IMG/VR virus record: IMGVR_UViG_3300025715_000014
Coordinates: 1 to 64,000 of that record
DNA: 64,000 nt
From: a virus
Lineage: Duplodnaviria > Caudoviricetes
Direction: 5' to 3' (one strand)
Position numbers and translations under genes: made by a program. The notes under the pieces are model-generated. The model was given only the letters and a program-made list of their open reading frames with translations, had not been told where the DNA came from and searched no databases. Positions 31,854-42,585 of the stretch are shown in pieces (position 1 is the first letter of the stretch; each line of letters starts with the position of its first letter).

Positions 31854-32241
31854 ATCTTGGGAAAGTTTAGAACCGTCCGAACCAGAATATAATTTCAAAA
31901 AAGGGGATATTGTGATCGTGACATCAAAATCGTCCTATCACTATAATAGGGTTCTTATAATTGATGAAATTATAAGTAAACAAGTTGTTGTTCTCGTTTT
32001 CCATTATGATAATGTAAAAAATAAATATTTAATGAATAAAAGAGATATACAAAAAGTAAAGTTTATTATTGGTGAAAGAACTGGTGAAGTTTTAGTATTA
32101 AAAGAATCGAATTTTGATAGTTTGTTTGAAATGGGATTCATAGACTATGATATTGAAAGTAGAATATATACATTTGATGAAAGCAATCGTTGGCGAATAG
32201 ATAAATATATTTTAAAAGACGCTAAAATTGGCAAAATGTAA
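31837..32241 (+). CDS. Leader-family KOW-like protein
   Basis: Likely start MLKKFESWE; FKKGDIVIV. Confidence 0.55.
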   Translation: MLKKFESWESLEPSEPEYNFKKGDIVIVTSKSSYHYNRVLIIDEIISKQVVVLVFHYDNVKNKYLMNKRDIQKVKFIIGERTGEVLVLKESNFDSLFEMGFIDYDIESRIYTFDESNRWRIDKYILKDAKIGKM

Positions 32242-32257
32242 AAGAAATTGTGAAAAG

Positions 32258-32638
32258 ATGAAAACATTTGAATCATATAATAACGTTGTGAAAGATAAAT
32301 TGGGAGTCAAGCTAAATCGAGGAGATTTGGTAATAAACATCTATAAACATGGCAAATATTATTTAGAAACAGGTCATATCATCGAAATGGATACAAAATT
32401 TGAAGGAGATTGTATAGTTGAATTAGAAATAAACGGGCCGCATGTTCGTTTATATGAAACAAATTTAATAAAAGTTGAAAGAATAGTTTGTTTAGACACT
32501 GGCGAGGTCCACTATACACCATTTAATAGCTTGTTGGATCTATTATCAATTGGAATAGCAAAATTTAATCCCAGTGGTAGTTTTTATTTTTATGAAAATA
32601 AAAACTCAAAAGGTATAAATGACTATTTTATCAAATAA
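32258..32638 (+). CDS. Leader-family KOW-like protein
   Basis: Likely start MKTFESY; LNRGDLVI; TGEV motif shared with 31837. Confidence 0.55.
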   Translation: MKTFESYNNVVKDKLGVKLNRGDLVINIYKHGKYYLETGHIIEMDTKFEGDCIVELEINGPHVRLYETNLIKVERIVCLDTGEVHYTPFNSLLDLLSIGIAKFNPSGSFYFYENKNSKGINDYFIK

Positions 32639-32675
32639 AAAAATTAATATATAAAGAAAAAATAATTTTTATAAA

Positions 32676-33311
32676 ATGAAATTAAAAAATTATACAGATT
32701 TCATCAAAGAAGGTAAAAGAGAGGAAGATGAGATAAACAGATTACTCGATTTAATGGATAAGAGACAACTGACCGACGAAGAAAAAAAACTTTTATCTGA
32801 TTTAAGTAGTGGAAAAAAATTAGAAGAGGAAAAACCTACTTTAGCCAAACATAAAACTGGCGGATTATTATTTGATGAAGAAGGAGATGTCATTACACAT
32901 GGCGAAGAACCAAAAGCTGGAGAGGAATTTGTCACTAAAAAGGGTAAACAAAGTTCTTTAGAGGTAGAGCACGACGATCGAACCAACGCTAGGGTTTATA
33001 GAGCAAATGGTAGCGATGAGAGATTTTATTTTGTAAGTAGCTCGGATGGGTGGATCGTATATAGAACTGGTGGAAAATATGAATTTGGAATGTTCTTGAG
33101 CAAGGACTCGAAATATTATGGTGAAATAGCAAGTATGAATGTTGATGAATTGTGGGATGATTTAAATTGGAAATTTGATATAGGAATGGAATTGGATAAA
33201 AAAACTCTAGATGATTTTAAATATTTTATGGAGCTATATTATGAAAAAGATCAAAAGAAATATAAAGAATACTTGAAAGTTTTATATAAAAAATTATCAA
33301 CTCTAATCTAA
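32676..33311 (+). CDS. Leader-family hypothetical protein, paralogue of 33330
   Basis: MKLKNYTDFIKE; LLD..LT..E and K.TG.LL.D..G shared with the next gene. Confidence 0.65.
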   Translation: MKLKNYTDFIKEGKREEDEINRLLDLMDKRQLTDEEKKLLSDLSSGKKLEEEKPTLAKHKTGGLLFDEEGDVITHGEEPKAGEEFVTKKGKQSSLEVEHDDRTNARVYRANGSDERFYFVSSSDGWIVYRTGGKYEFGMFLSKDSKYYGEIASMNVDELWDDLNWKFDIGMELDKKTLDDFKYFMELYYEKDQKKYKEYLKVLYKKLSTLI

Positions 33312-33329
33312 AAAAATAAAATACATAAC

Positions 33330-34022
33330 ATGAAGAAAAAATATGGCACATTAAACGAAGGTATGTATGATTTCTATGAGAAACAAGGAAAAGAAGAAGA
33401 TGAATTAACAGATAAGATCGTTGATTATTATTTAGATAAAATGAGAAAATATGGAAAAGATTCTTTAACCGAGATCGAAGCTCGTATTTTTAAAGATGCT
33501 CAAGATGGTCGTTTAACTATGGGAAAGCCTGTGTATGCCAAAGATAAAGTAACGGGAGATATACTATTAGATGATTTTGGTAATCCAGTGGTCATTGACG
33601 AGCCAAATAAAGTATATCCAGGAATTCCATTTTTGACTTCACGCGGTATGGGTGAAGTTAAAAAAGAAGCTCCGATTGCCGGACGTTGTTATTGGAATAA
33701 TGGTTCAACTGCTAGAAGTTATTATGTTTTTGATAAAAAAGCAATAAATAGTGAAAATCCTTATGGTATTATAATATACAAAACGGAGTCGAAGACTGGT
33801 AAAGCTTTTGGCTCTTTTATGGTGCCAAAAAATAAAGAATTGACACCGCCAGCTGACTTATGGTTAAAATGTGAAGATGATTTCGATTTCGGAGCCGTTT
33901 TAACAAAAGAAATATATGAAACATTTATAAATTTTTATAATTTGTATCATACTTCAAAAAAGGAAAATCTCGAAGAAATAACAAAATTATACGATATGTT
34001 AAAAAAATTTCCCCAGAAATAA
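33330..34022 (+). CDS. Hypothetical protein
   Basis: LDKM.K.G.DSLT..E motif; paralogue of 32676. Confidence 0.65.
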   Translation: MKKKYGTLNEGMYDFYEKQGKEEDELTDKIVDYYLDKMRKYGKDSLTEIEARIFKDAQDGRLTMGKPVYAKDKVTGDILLDDFGNPVVIDEPNKVYPGIPFLTSRGMGEVKKEAPIAGRCYWNNGSTARSYYVFDKKAINSENPYGIIIYKTESKTGKAFGSFMVPKNKELTPPADLWLKCEDDFDFGAVLTKEIYETFINFYNLYHTSKKENLEEITKLYDMLKKFPQK

Positions 34023-34400
34023 ATGTCAGAACAAGAATATAATGCGAATGAAAAATTAAGAAAAGCTGTTTATGATATTTTAATGTCATCTTCGAGCGAG
34101 AATATAAAATTTCCAGAGTTATCTCTAATATTGAAAGATAAATATAAAGTTGATATATCCCCCGAAATATTAGAGCATATATTTGAAGAATGGGATCGTC
34201 GCAAAGATTATACTTATTTTAAGAAACAAGATGAAAAATGGTTGGATGTTTGGTTATACATGAAATACATAAAAAGAAAAGCTAGATATAAACAAAATTT
34301 TGGTAAGCATAGATGGAAAAATTGGGATTGGAGAGAAAACAGTGGTACCACAACTTACTGGAGAGGCGGATATAATTATAATGATAGATATTATGATTAA
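34023..34400 (+). CDS. Hypothetical protein
   Basis: 125 aa ORF abutting the previous gene. Confidence 0.55.
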   Translation: MSEQEYNANEKLRKAVYDILMSSSSENIKFPELSLILKDKYKVDISPEILEHIFEEWDRRKDYTYFKKQDEKWLDVWLYMKYIKRKARYKQNFGKHRWKNWDWRENSGTTTYWRGGYNYNDRYYD

Positions 34401-34687
34401 TTTTTTCTAAGCCCTATTTTATCGTCAAATATATCAACAATTCGTTGAGCAAATTCTTTCAATGACTCTAGGTTTGGCGATTTCACATTTACAAAAACTG
34501 CTCTTGATGTTGTCCAATAGTCAGTATATCTTAACACGTAAGCATTATCTTCTCTTTCTATTGAAAATTCATATCTATCATCAGAGAAATAAATATTATC
34601 TTTATTTATTCAATTTATAGGCTCATTGATTAAAGAATCTTGTCATTTATATTCTTTCAATTTTTCATCAAATCTTCTAATTTTCAT
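34397..34687 (-). pseudogene. 97-codon leader-type gene with two in-frame TGA codons
   Basis: MKIRRFDEKLKEYK*QDSLINEPIN*INKDN...GLRKN*; not in the ORF track. Confidence 0.5.
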
Positions 34688-34769
34688 GTCAATTTTTTTT
34701 ATTTAAATATTGATATTTTTTTTTGATTTTTTAATTTAAATATATAAAAATAAAAACTCGTAGAACAAA

Positions 34770-35381
34770 ATGAACATAATAAAATTCTCGGAATATATTA
34801 AAGAATCAAATGATAGAATTAAAGATTTGAACAACAATGATGGAATATTATTTGTCGTTGATGTTCAAAGCGAATTTCAAGATTTCATACCTCAAAATTT
34901 TGAAGAAAACATAATGAAATATTGTGAGGACTTCCCAATAAATGAAGATGGCGGCGGAGTTTATCAGATTTGGGATGCTAATAAAGCTCAGAATTATTCT
35001 TTCGATTTTCCGAATACAGTGCTTACAGTAAAGAAGAATTATGGATTAAATTTTGACAAAAAAATAAAGAAACTGGCTAAAAAATTGACAAAAAAATATG
35101 GAGAGATAGAAGAAGGTAAAAGATTTAAATTGAAGGATATAAATACTTACATGATCAAAGTAAATAATAACCATAAATGGTTTTATGTTAATGAAGATTT
35201 AACGGATCTTTTTGAAAAAATGGCAGGTAAAACCGTTGTAGTTGTCGGCGGAGCAGATTCTGAGTGTTTGAGTGATGTTTATGTTTCCATGAAATCTTTT
35301 GGAATAAATCCCATATATAATCACGACTATATTTATAGTGCTAAAACAAGTGATGATCAAGTGGCGGCACCAAAATCTTGA
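34770..35381 (+). CDS. Isochorismatase/cysteine hydrolase-like protein
   Basis: LFVVDVQ, VVVGGADSECL.D; leader MNIIKFSEYIKE. Confidence 0.6.
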   Translation: MNIIKFSEYIKESNDRIKDLNNNDGILFVVDVQSEFQDFIPQNFEENIMKYCEDFPINEDGGGVYQIWDANKAQNYSFDFPNTVLTVKKNYGLNFDKKIKKLAKKLTKKYGEIEEGKRFKLKDINTYMIKVNNNHKWFYVNEDLTDLFEKMAGKTVVVVGGADSECLSDVYVSMKSFGINPIYNHDYIYSAKTSDDQVAAPKS

Positions 35382-36916
35382 ACATATTTCAAATTCCCAG
35401 AATCATAAATTCTATAAATCTTTCTCTCAAGCATTATTTCATGTTCAGTCTTTAAAGGATCAAATCCCTGTTTGATTAGTTCATCTTTTCTAAAACCAAA
35501 CCTATGTTTTCTCATGCCATCAATAACATAATAATAATTGGGCTCAGTTTTTCTGATAAGTTCGAATCCAAGATTTTTATATAAATTTCCTTGGCTCCAA
35601 GACCTGTCAGCATAACTGGTCACTTCTTTTGGCTCAAAATTTTTAACAAAAAATTTGAACAGTCTTGAAGCTCCTCCAATAACATTGGTGTTCAGTTTGT
35701 TACAGAATCTCAACATCTCGTAGGTTCCATCCTCACTTTTTTGTCCCATAGATCTTCTCAGGCTTCCAAAGGTCATCAAAGAAACAAGTTCTCCCGAATA
35801 AAACAGACCAATCTTGATCCTAGATCCAACAAATCCTTGAATATGATTGTTCTCAAGAAAATCTCTAACAAGTTTATTATCAGACACTTCTTTGATTTCA
35901 CACTTCCTGGCATAAATCTTGTTTGGAGTTTTATTTAACAAGTTTAATATTCTGGACTTAACAATTTCTTGTTTATATATCCAGTCGTCCTCGTAAATAT
36001 GAATGAGTCTGATACCTTGTTTTTCTGCTAGTTCAGTTTTTTCCAAATGATAATTTAAAGAAAAATTTATTTCACTGTGCCAGTAAAGACCATTGAATTC
36101 AAATGCTAATTTTAAATCTGGTAAATAAATATCAATTTCCTTTGGATGAATTATTTTTCTATTATTTGAAACCGTATCCAAATCATAATTTTCCATAATG
36201 AAATTTTTTAACTGTGTCTCGTATCCACTGCTTGTATAAGAATTAATTGGATTGCAAATGGTGCATAAAATCGTTTTATATAAAAATCTTTTTCTTAGGA
36301 CATCAATATCTATTAAAAAATTATGCGGATCGTTGTTATCGCAGGCCATTGTGACCATGTTTTTATTTATATTTAAAATATCGAATTTTTCTAATGATTT
36401 TTTCCTAAAATCATCAGATTCTCTAAAATAATTTGCTCCATATTTTTTTTGACACGTTTCAATGGATGATTCTCTGAATTTTTTTGTTTTATAAAAACAT
36501 TCGTCCCCATATAAAAAATTCATTGTTTCTTTTCTCTTATTTTTGAATTCTTGAATTTGAGACGGATTATCTTTTCCATATCTTTCAATCATGGTTTTCT
36601 TTTTTTTGTCCAACATATTTTCAATCTCGATATTTGTTTTTGACGAATAAGATATTTTCAATTTTTTAGAACAACATTTTTGACAAGAATAAAAATTATA
36701 TCTTTTAATATTTTTAACATAATACCTATATAACAAATCCTTTTCTTCCCCACAAATATCACACTTAACTTTAATGATAGAATGACTACCATCTGTTAAA
36801 TGTTCGACCGGAACAACTATTTTATTTCCGTTTTTTAAATCATTGTATCCAAGTTTTTTAAAATGATTCATATTTGCTGAATTCAAAATTACATCAACTT
36901 CTTTGCTTAATATCAT
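35357..36916 (-). CDS. Free-standing endonuclease (Vsr/DUF559-like) with GNAT/Mom-like C-terminal domain
   Basis: CDICG Zn site, ERYG/KKYG repeats, EIDIYLP..AFEFNGLYWH, RFCN...GGASRL...SYADR..G.LY..LGF. Confidence 0.7.
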   Translation of the reverse strand: MILSKEVDVILNSANMNHFKKLGYNDLKNGNKIVVPVEHLTDGSHSIIKVKCDICGEEKDLLYRYYVKNIKRYNFYSCQKCCSKKLKISYSSKTNIEIENMLDKKKKTMIERYGKDNPSQIQEFKNKRKETMNFLYGDECFYKTKKFRESSIETCQKKYGANYFRESDDFRKKSLEKFDILNINKNMVTMACDNNDPHNFLIDIDVLRKRFLYKTILCTICNPINSYTSSGYETQLKNFIMENYDLDTVSNNRKIIHPKEIDIYLPDLKLAFEFNGLYWHSEINFSLNYHLEKTELAEKQGIRLIHIYEDDWIYKQEIVKSRILNLLNKTPNKIYARKCEIKEVSDNKLVRDFLENNHIQGFVGSRIKIGLFYSGELVSLMTFGSLRRSMGQKSEDGTYEMLRFCNKLNTNVIGGASRLFKFFVKNFEPKEVTSYADRSWSQGNLYKNLGFELIRKTEPNYYYVIDGMRKHRFGFRKDELIKQGFDPLKTEHEIMLERKIYRIYDSGNLKYVQDFGAAT

Positions 36917-37055
36917 TTTTATTTTTATTATTTTTTATCCAAGTTTTGATACAATTCTCAACGAAAAGTGATTTGTTTAATGATTTTTGTTTGGCTATTT
37001 TATCAAATTCTTCTAAAAGATATTCTTCTATAGTGAAAGTTCTTGTTTTCTTCAT
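36894..37055 (-). CDS. Small ribbon-helix-helix-like DNA-binding protein (53 aa)
   Basis: MKKTRTFTIEEYLLEEFDKIAKQKSLNKSLFVENCIK; AATATA motif upstream; below the ORF-track cutoff. Confidence 0.55.
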   Translation of the reverse strand: MKKTRTFTIEEYLLEEFDKIAKQKSLNKSLFVENCIKTWIKNNKNKNDIKQRS

Positions 37056-37136
37056 ATCAATTATTGTTATTTATTGTTATATATTAAAAAATAATTTCAA
37101 TTTTTTTAAATAAATGAAAATAAATAACAATCTAAA

Positions 37137-37874
37137 TTATATCTTTTTATAAATTACAGTAAAATAATAATCAAATTTATATTGTGTATAATCTTTGGTT
37201 TGATTGAAAATCATTTTAACTGGATCCAAATTACTCAAATAATCTGGCGTTATTATATTTATATTTGTGTTGAGATTTTCTAAAAAGAAAACCCCCTTGT
37301 TGAAATTTGGATTTTTTATTAATTTGTTTTTATCATATAAATTTGATACTTCTGACACATTAAAATACTCGACAAAAAAATCAATTCTATATAAATTATA
37401 TCTATCTAAAAGATTGTTTGTTATATAGTTATATATAAAGTCATTAATATTTCTTTCTATTAGATCAGTGCTTTTAATACATTTGAAAACTCTGCTTTCT
37501 TTTAAACGCAAAAATAAATATTCTTTTAATATGTTTCGAGTGTCTATAACAAAAGACCATTCAAAATTTGTATTTCTACTTTCAACTTGGCTATAAATGT
37601 CGACAGAATGGTTTGCTAATTTTATATCATCCAAACTTTTTAAAATTTGAGTTTCGGGTATAATGGCATTGTTTATGCTATAGTTTTGATAATGATCGTT
37701 TTGTAAATTTACTTTATCGACAACTTCTGAATATTGTATAGAAATATTATTGATGATAATTTCATCTTCTATATCAATAAGTTTGCCACCAAAAAAGCTT
37801 TTACATTCTATCGGAGTCTTTGTGCCGACAACTGTTTCGGTATCAAATTTTCTTATTATGAGATCACTTTTCAT
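37137..37874 (-). CDS. Hypothetical protein
   Basis: 245 aa ORF with AATATATA upstream. Confidence 0.6.
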   Translation of the reverse strand: MKSDLIIRKFDTETVVGTKTPIECKSFFGGKLIDIEDEIIINNISIQYSEVVDKVNLQNDHYQNYSINNAIIPETQILKSLDDIKLANHSVDIYSQVESRNTNFEWSFVIDTRNILKEYLFLRLKESRVFKCIKSTDLIERNINDFIYNYITNNLLDRYNLYRIDFFVEYFNVSEVSNLYDKNKLIKNPNFNKGVFFLENLNTNINIITPDYLSNLDPVKMIFNQTKDYTQYKFDYYFTVIYKKI

Positions 37875-38364
37875 ATATGAAATTATTATTTGTTTTATAT
37901 ATTAAAAAAGATGTGTACAAATTTTTTTATTTGAATAAATTATTTATATTTGCTAGTAAAATAAATAAAAATGGAAATTTTATTCGCTGTGCCTCAAATA
38001 GAAGTATTTACATTTTCGTTGTTCAGATAAATATAAATCATACCTGAATAAACATAAAACTAATATTCGTTCAGCGACACTAACCAGAACAAAGTCTGGT
38101 AAGAAGAAAAACTTTTACAGTCTGGTAAGATTGTATAAGATTTTTTTAACGGTATTTTATAATAGTGGAGTGGTCTTTCAGGTCCATAATAACCACCATT
38201 ATAATTTCCATTTTCGGATTTTTGTTTTGTATCTTTGATCAACACATTTACTGAAACCATTCCAAAGTGGATTGATAAATTAGAGTTTAAATCTGATATA
38301 ATTTATATCAAAAATTCAAAAGAAACATAAACTAATGTAACGGCTTCATATATAATATAAAATC

Positions 38365-38682
38365 ATGAAACAGATTGAATTTGAAACATCGTTAGGTATA
38401 GTTCGCGGTAAAATTACAAGCGAAACGAAGGTGTATGATGATTACGGTGAAAAATTTATAGTGGACATCGATGAATCAACAGCCGATAGACTTGACATGT
38501 TTCAATGGAAAAGTGTCTTCATTTATAATGAAAGATTTTGTAAAATAGAATTGGTTGATAATAAATATGGATATCCCGAGTATAAATATACAAGATTGAG
38601 ACTCGGCGATTATGTTCTAGAAGAAATGGAATCTGCGTGGGCTGGATGTGGTGATTGTCTGATGGAGTTCAAAACAAATTAA
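38365..38682 (+). CDS. Hypothetical protein
   Basis: 105 aa ORF. Confidence 0.55.
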   Translation: MKQIEFETSLGIVRGKITSETKVYDDYGEKFIVDIDESTADRLDMFQWKSVFIYNERFCKIELVDNKYGYPEYKYTRLRLGDYVLEEMESAWAGCGDCLMEFKTN

Positions 38683-38718
38683 AAAAATATTTTATATTAT
38701 TTTTTAATATATAGGTAC

Positions 38719-39246
38719 ATGAAAATGTACGAGGAATGGCTCTTTAGAAAGAAAAAAAGAGAAGAAGATATTATAACTGATGTTTTGCCAGAGGAAGAAA
38801 TACCTTCTCATATCAATAATTTTTATAAATTGCGTAAATTGTTGAGATTTAAAAAAGAACTCAGTAATTCTACTGTTGACATTTTACAAAAAGACAAAAT
38901 TTGGGATGATATATTAGACATTCAACTTAAATTTTTAAAGGAATTGGTCATTCTTCATTCTGTTAAAGATAATGGTGATGTGGCTAAGCTGGATCTTAGA
39001 AAAAATTTAAATGATATCGCTTTGTATACATCTCGTTGGTATTTTGGCAAGAATTGCGAAAGTATACCAATTTTCTCTGAAATCGTAGCTTATATTAATT
39101 ATTTATACCATGAATATTACGATGATGATGTTGTTCTTTATTTCTATGATAATGGCGAAGAATATGAAATAAGAGATAAAGTTGAAGATAAGAAAAAAAG
39201 CGAAAAACATAAAGAAGACGATCCTTTTCAAGAGGAGAAGTGGTAA
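38719..39246 (+). CDS. Leader-family hypothetical protein
   Basis: MKMYEEWL start; C-terminal EDDPFQEEKW; AATATATA 5 nt before ATG. Confidence 0.6.
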   Translation: MKMYEEWLFRKKKREEDIITDVLPEEEIPSHINNFYKLRKLLRFKKELSNSTVDILQKDKIWDDILDIQLKFLKELVILHSVKDNGDVAKLDLRKNLNDIALYTSRWYFGKNCESIPIFSEIVAYINYLYHEYYDDDVVLYFYDNGEEYEIRDKVEDKKKSEKHKEDDPFQEEKW

Positions 39247-39300
39247 AAAATAAAACTTTGTCATATAATTAAATATATATTGATTAAATACTAAATATCA

Positions 39301-40863
39301 ATGAAATTTGTTTTAGATGAAACAAGAACCAAACTCATTTTAAAGGAATCTACTCGCGAGGAATATAACCAACTCAAACTAAGTCTTAGCAGATATGTTA
39401 AGAATTATTTTTTCATGGTTAAATATAAAAAAACAAAATGGGATGGTAAGATAGAATTTCTAAAGAACGGTAGAGAAATAAATTTTGGATTATGGTATGA
39501 AGTATATAAAATGTGCAAAGAATATGGTTTTCCATTTGTACTTGAAAATAAAGAAATCTTCCCAAAAGATGAAAGCATAAACAGAGATGAAATATCAGAA
39601 TGGCTGAAAGATTTTTATAAAGATCATAAAGAAAAAGATGACATAACAAAACCATTCACACCATACGATCATCAAGTAGAAGGAATATATAAAATTTTGA
39701 AAAACAAATTCGGTTTAATTGAGGTGGCCACAGCAGGTGGCAAATCCTTGATATTTGGTTCTCTTGTTTTTTATTATCTTAGAAATGTAAATAAAGATGC
39801 TAAATTTTTATTGATAGTCCCCTCATTGGATCTTGTCACTCAGTTTTATAATGATATAATGGATTATAACTTGGGTTATCATCAAGAAAATAAAAATCCT
39901 GTTGATATACGAATTGATGAAATAATGAGCGATAAACCAAGAAAACATTTTGGAGGAGACCCAAATATCTATATAGGGACTTATCAAAGTTTGGTTAAAT
40001 GGCCAGATGAGTTTTTCAAACAATTTGATGTTGTTTGTTGCGACGAATCACATTTAGCCAAAGCTTTATCGCTTATAACAATAATGGAAAAAACTTTTGG
40101 AACATCAAAAATTCGTTTTGGTATGAGCGGAACTTATCCAATGGAAGGAACTGCCGAACTATTTACAATAGAAAGTTTAATGGGTCCTAAATTATTGAAT
40201 ATCAAAGCATCCAAGTTAATGGATGATGGTATCATATCCCGTTTAAAAATAAAAGCATTATTATTAAACCATAATGAAAAACAATTTGCTGAAAATATTT
40301 ATTCTATAAAAAAAGCTGGTAACGGAAAAAAAGCATATGAACTTGAAAAAGAATATTCTCAGAATTCATTACCAAGAAAAATATTTTTAGCCAAACTAGT
40401 AGCAAAATTTAAACAAAATTCTCTTCTTCTGTTTCATAATCTAGATTACGGAACAGAGCTTTACAATTATTTTAGAGATAATATACCAGGTAAAGATTTC
40501 TATTATATTGATGGTGAAACACCAAAATTAAAAAGAAACGCCATTAAAAAAGAAATGGAAAAAACAGATGGTAATGTGAAGATATTGGTGGCCAGTTTTG
40601 GAACAACTTCAACTGGTATCAATATCAAAGCAATTGTAAATTTGGTTTTCTGCGATAGCTTTAAATCAGATCGAGTTGTTAGACAATCAATTGGTCGTGT
40701 TTTGCGTTTACATGCTGATAAAGAAAAAGCCGTCATATTTGACCTCGTGGATATATTTGACTACAGCAAAAGAGGAGTTTTACACAATCACTATTTATCT
40801 AGAAAACACGAGATATATGACAAGCAATCATATCCTTATGAAGAAATGAAAATAAATCTTTAA
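39301..40863 (+). CDS. uvsW: UvsW-like SF2 DNA helicase
   Basis: WDGKI, ATAGGKSLI, DESH, GMSGT, STGINIK, QSIGRVLR. Confidence 0.9.
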   Translation: MKFVLDETRTKLILKESTREEYNQLKLSLSRYVKNYFFMVKYKKTKWDGKIEFLKNGREINFGLWYEVYKMCKEYGFPFVLENKEIFPKDESINRDEISEWLKDFYKDHKEKDDITKPFTPYDHQVEGIYKILKNKFGLIEVATAGGKSLIFGSLVFYYLRNVNKDAKFLLIVPSLDLVTQFYNDIMDYNLGYHQENKNPVDIRIDEIMSDKPRKHFGGDPNIYIGTYQSLVKWPDEFFKQFDVVCCDESHLAKALSLITIMEKTFGTSKIRFGMSGTYPMEGTAELFTIESLMGPKLLNIKASKLMDDGIISRLKIKALLLNHNEKQFAENIYSIKKAGNGKKAYELEKEYSQNSLPRKIFLAKLVAKFKQNSLLLFHNLDYGTELYNYFRDNIPGKDFYYIDGETPKLKRNAIKKEMEKTDGNVKILVASFGTTSTGINIKAIVNLVFCDSFKSDRVVRQSIGRVLRLHADKEKAVIFDLVDIFDYSKRGVLHNHYLSRKHEIYDKQSYPYEEMKINL

Positions 40864-42548
40864 ATTGGTTTCCAAATGAACTTTAAATTCCCCGAGTCAT
40901 AAATTCTATAGATTTTTCTTTCGAGCATTATTTCGTGTTCTGTCTTATTAGGATCAAATCCTTGTTTGATTAGTTCATCTTTTCTAAAACCAAATCTATG
41001 TTTTCTCATGCCGTCAATAACATAATAATAGTTGGGATCAGTTTTACTAACAAGCTTGAAACCAAGATTTTTATATAAATTTCCTTGGCTCCAAGACCTG
41101 TCAGCATAACTAGTCACTTCTTTTGGCTCGAAATTTTTAACAAAAAACATGAACAGTCTTGAAGCTCCTCCAATAACATTGGTGTTCAGTTTGTTACAGA
41201 ACCTCAACATCTCATAAGAGCCTTCTTCGCCTTTTTGACCCATTGCTTTTCTCAAGCTTCCGAAAGTCATTAAAGAAACAAGTTCTCCTGAATAAAAAAG
41301 ACCGATCTTGATTCTCGAACCAACAAAACCTTGAATATGATTTGTTTCTAGGAAATTTCTAACGAGCTTGTTATCAGACACTTCTTTCACATCACATTTC
41401 CTGGCATAGATCTTGTTTGGAGTCTTGTTTAACAAATTTAATATTCTTGATTTGACAATTTCTTGTTTGAATATCCAGTCATCTTGATATATTTGAACAA
41501 GCCGAATTCCTTGTTTTTCAGCCATTTCGGTTTTTTCCATGTGATATTTATTTGATTTGTTCAACTCGTTATGCCAATAAACCCCATTAAATTCAATTCC
41601 AATATTTAGTATTGGTATAAATATATCTATTTCTTTTGGTGATAAAATATTCCTATCTTTCAATATTATATCTCCATCAAAATTTTTTAAAACAAAATCT
41701 TTTAATTCATTCTCAGAAAAAGATGATTGATCGCCAATTGGTTTACAATTTGTGCAATAATCAATTTTATAATAATATCTTTGTATTAAATTGCTAATTG
41801 ATATGTCATAATTTTTTCCACATTTATCACAATATATTGTATATACTCCTCCATTAAAATCAATGATATTACAATCATATTTTATGGACGATTCACTCAT
41901 TTTTGAATTTTTATAATCTTGTGATTTCATATAATTTTCAACGCCATATTTTTTTAAACACGTTTTTTGATATTTATCATTATTTACATAATTTTCATCG
42001 CCGTATTTATCCAGCTTAGTTTTTTTCATCTTATTTTTTGTCGATTGAAGCGATGATGTATTTATTGTTCCATATTTATTTAATTTTGTTTTTTCAGATT
42101 TTATTTTAAAATCATCACTTCTTATATAATCTTCTTTTCCGTATTTTTCTAAACATGTCTTTTTATTTTTTTCTACATTTACATAATTTTTGTTCCCATA
42201 TTTACTGGTTTTTGTTTTAGAACTTTTATTTTTTATTTTTTCATTTTGAAAAACATTTTCGCATCCATATTTTTCAACATTTGTTATTTTTCTTTTTTCA
42301 TTCGCACATTTTTTAGAACAAGCATAAAAACCGCCTTTTTCTATATTTTGATTATATGAGTAGTATATAGTTTCTACGATATTTTCACAAACATCACACT
42401 TAACCGAAACTTTAGAATGGGATCCTTTTAATAAATCTTCTATTCTTATATCATGATAATCACCAATTTGCACATCATATCCAATATTCTTGTAGTAAGA
42501 ATATTCTTTTGGTGTAATTTTTACTTTTACATTTTTTGTTATAATCAT
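40860..42548 (-). CDS. Free-standing endonuclease, paralogue of 35357
   Basis: Same architecture with more KYG repeats; C-terminal ~210 aa nearly identical. Confidence 0.7.
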   Translation of the reverse strand: MIITKNVKVKITPKEYSYYKNIGYDVQIGDYHDIRIEDLLKGSHSKVSVKCDVCENIVETIYYSYNQNIEKGGFYACSKKCANEKRKITNVEKYGCENVFQNEKIKNKSSKTKTSKYGNKNYVNVEKNKKTCLEKYGKEDYIRSDDFKIKSEKTKLNKYGTINTSSLQSTKNKMKKTKLDKYGDENYVNNDKYQKTCLKKYGVENYMKSQDYKNSKMSESSIKYDCNIIDFNGGVYTIYCDKCGKNYDISISNLIQRYYYKIDYCTNCKPIGDQSSFSENELKDFVLKNFDGDIILKDRNILSPKEIDIFIPILNIGIEFNGVYWHNELNKSNKYHMEKTEMAEKQGIRLVQIYQDDWIFKQEIVKSRILNLLNKTPNKIYARKCDVKEVSDNKLVRNFLETNHIQGFVGSRIKIGLFYSGELVSLMTFGSLRKAMGQKGEEGSYEMLRFCNKLNTNVIGGASRLFMFFVKNFEPKEVTSYADRSWSQGNLYKNLGFKLVSKTDPNYYYVIDGMRKHRFGFRKDELIKQGFDPNKTEHEIMLERKIYRIYDSGNLKFIWKPI

Positions 42549-42585
42549 AATATGAAACTTTTTTTATCCTATATATAAAAAAGTT

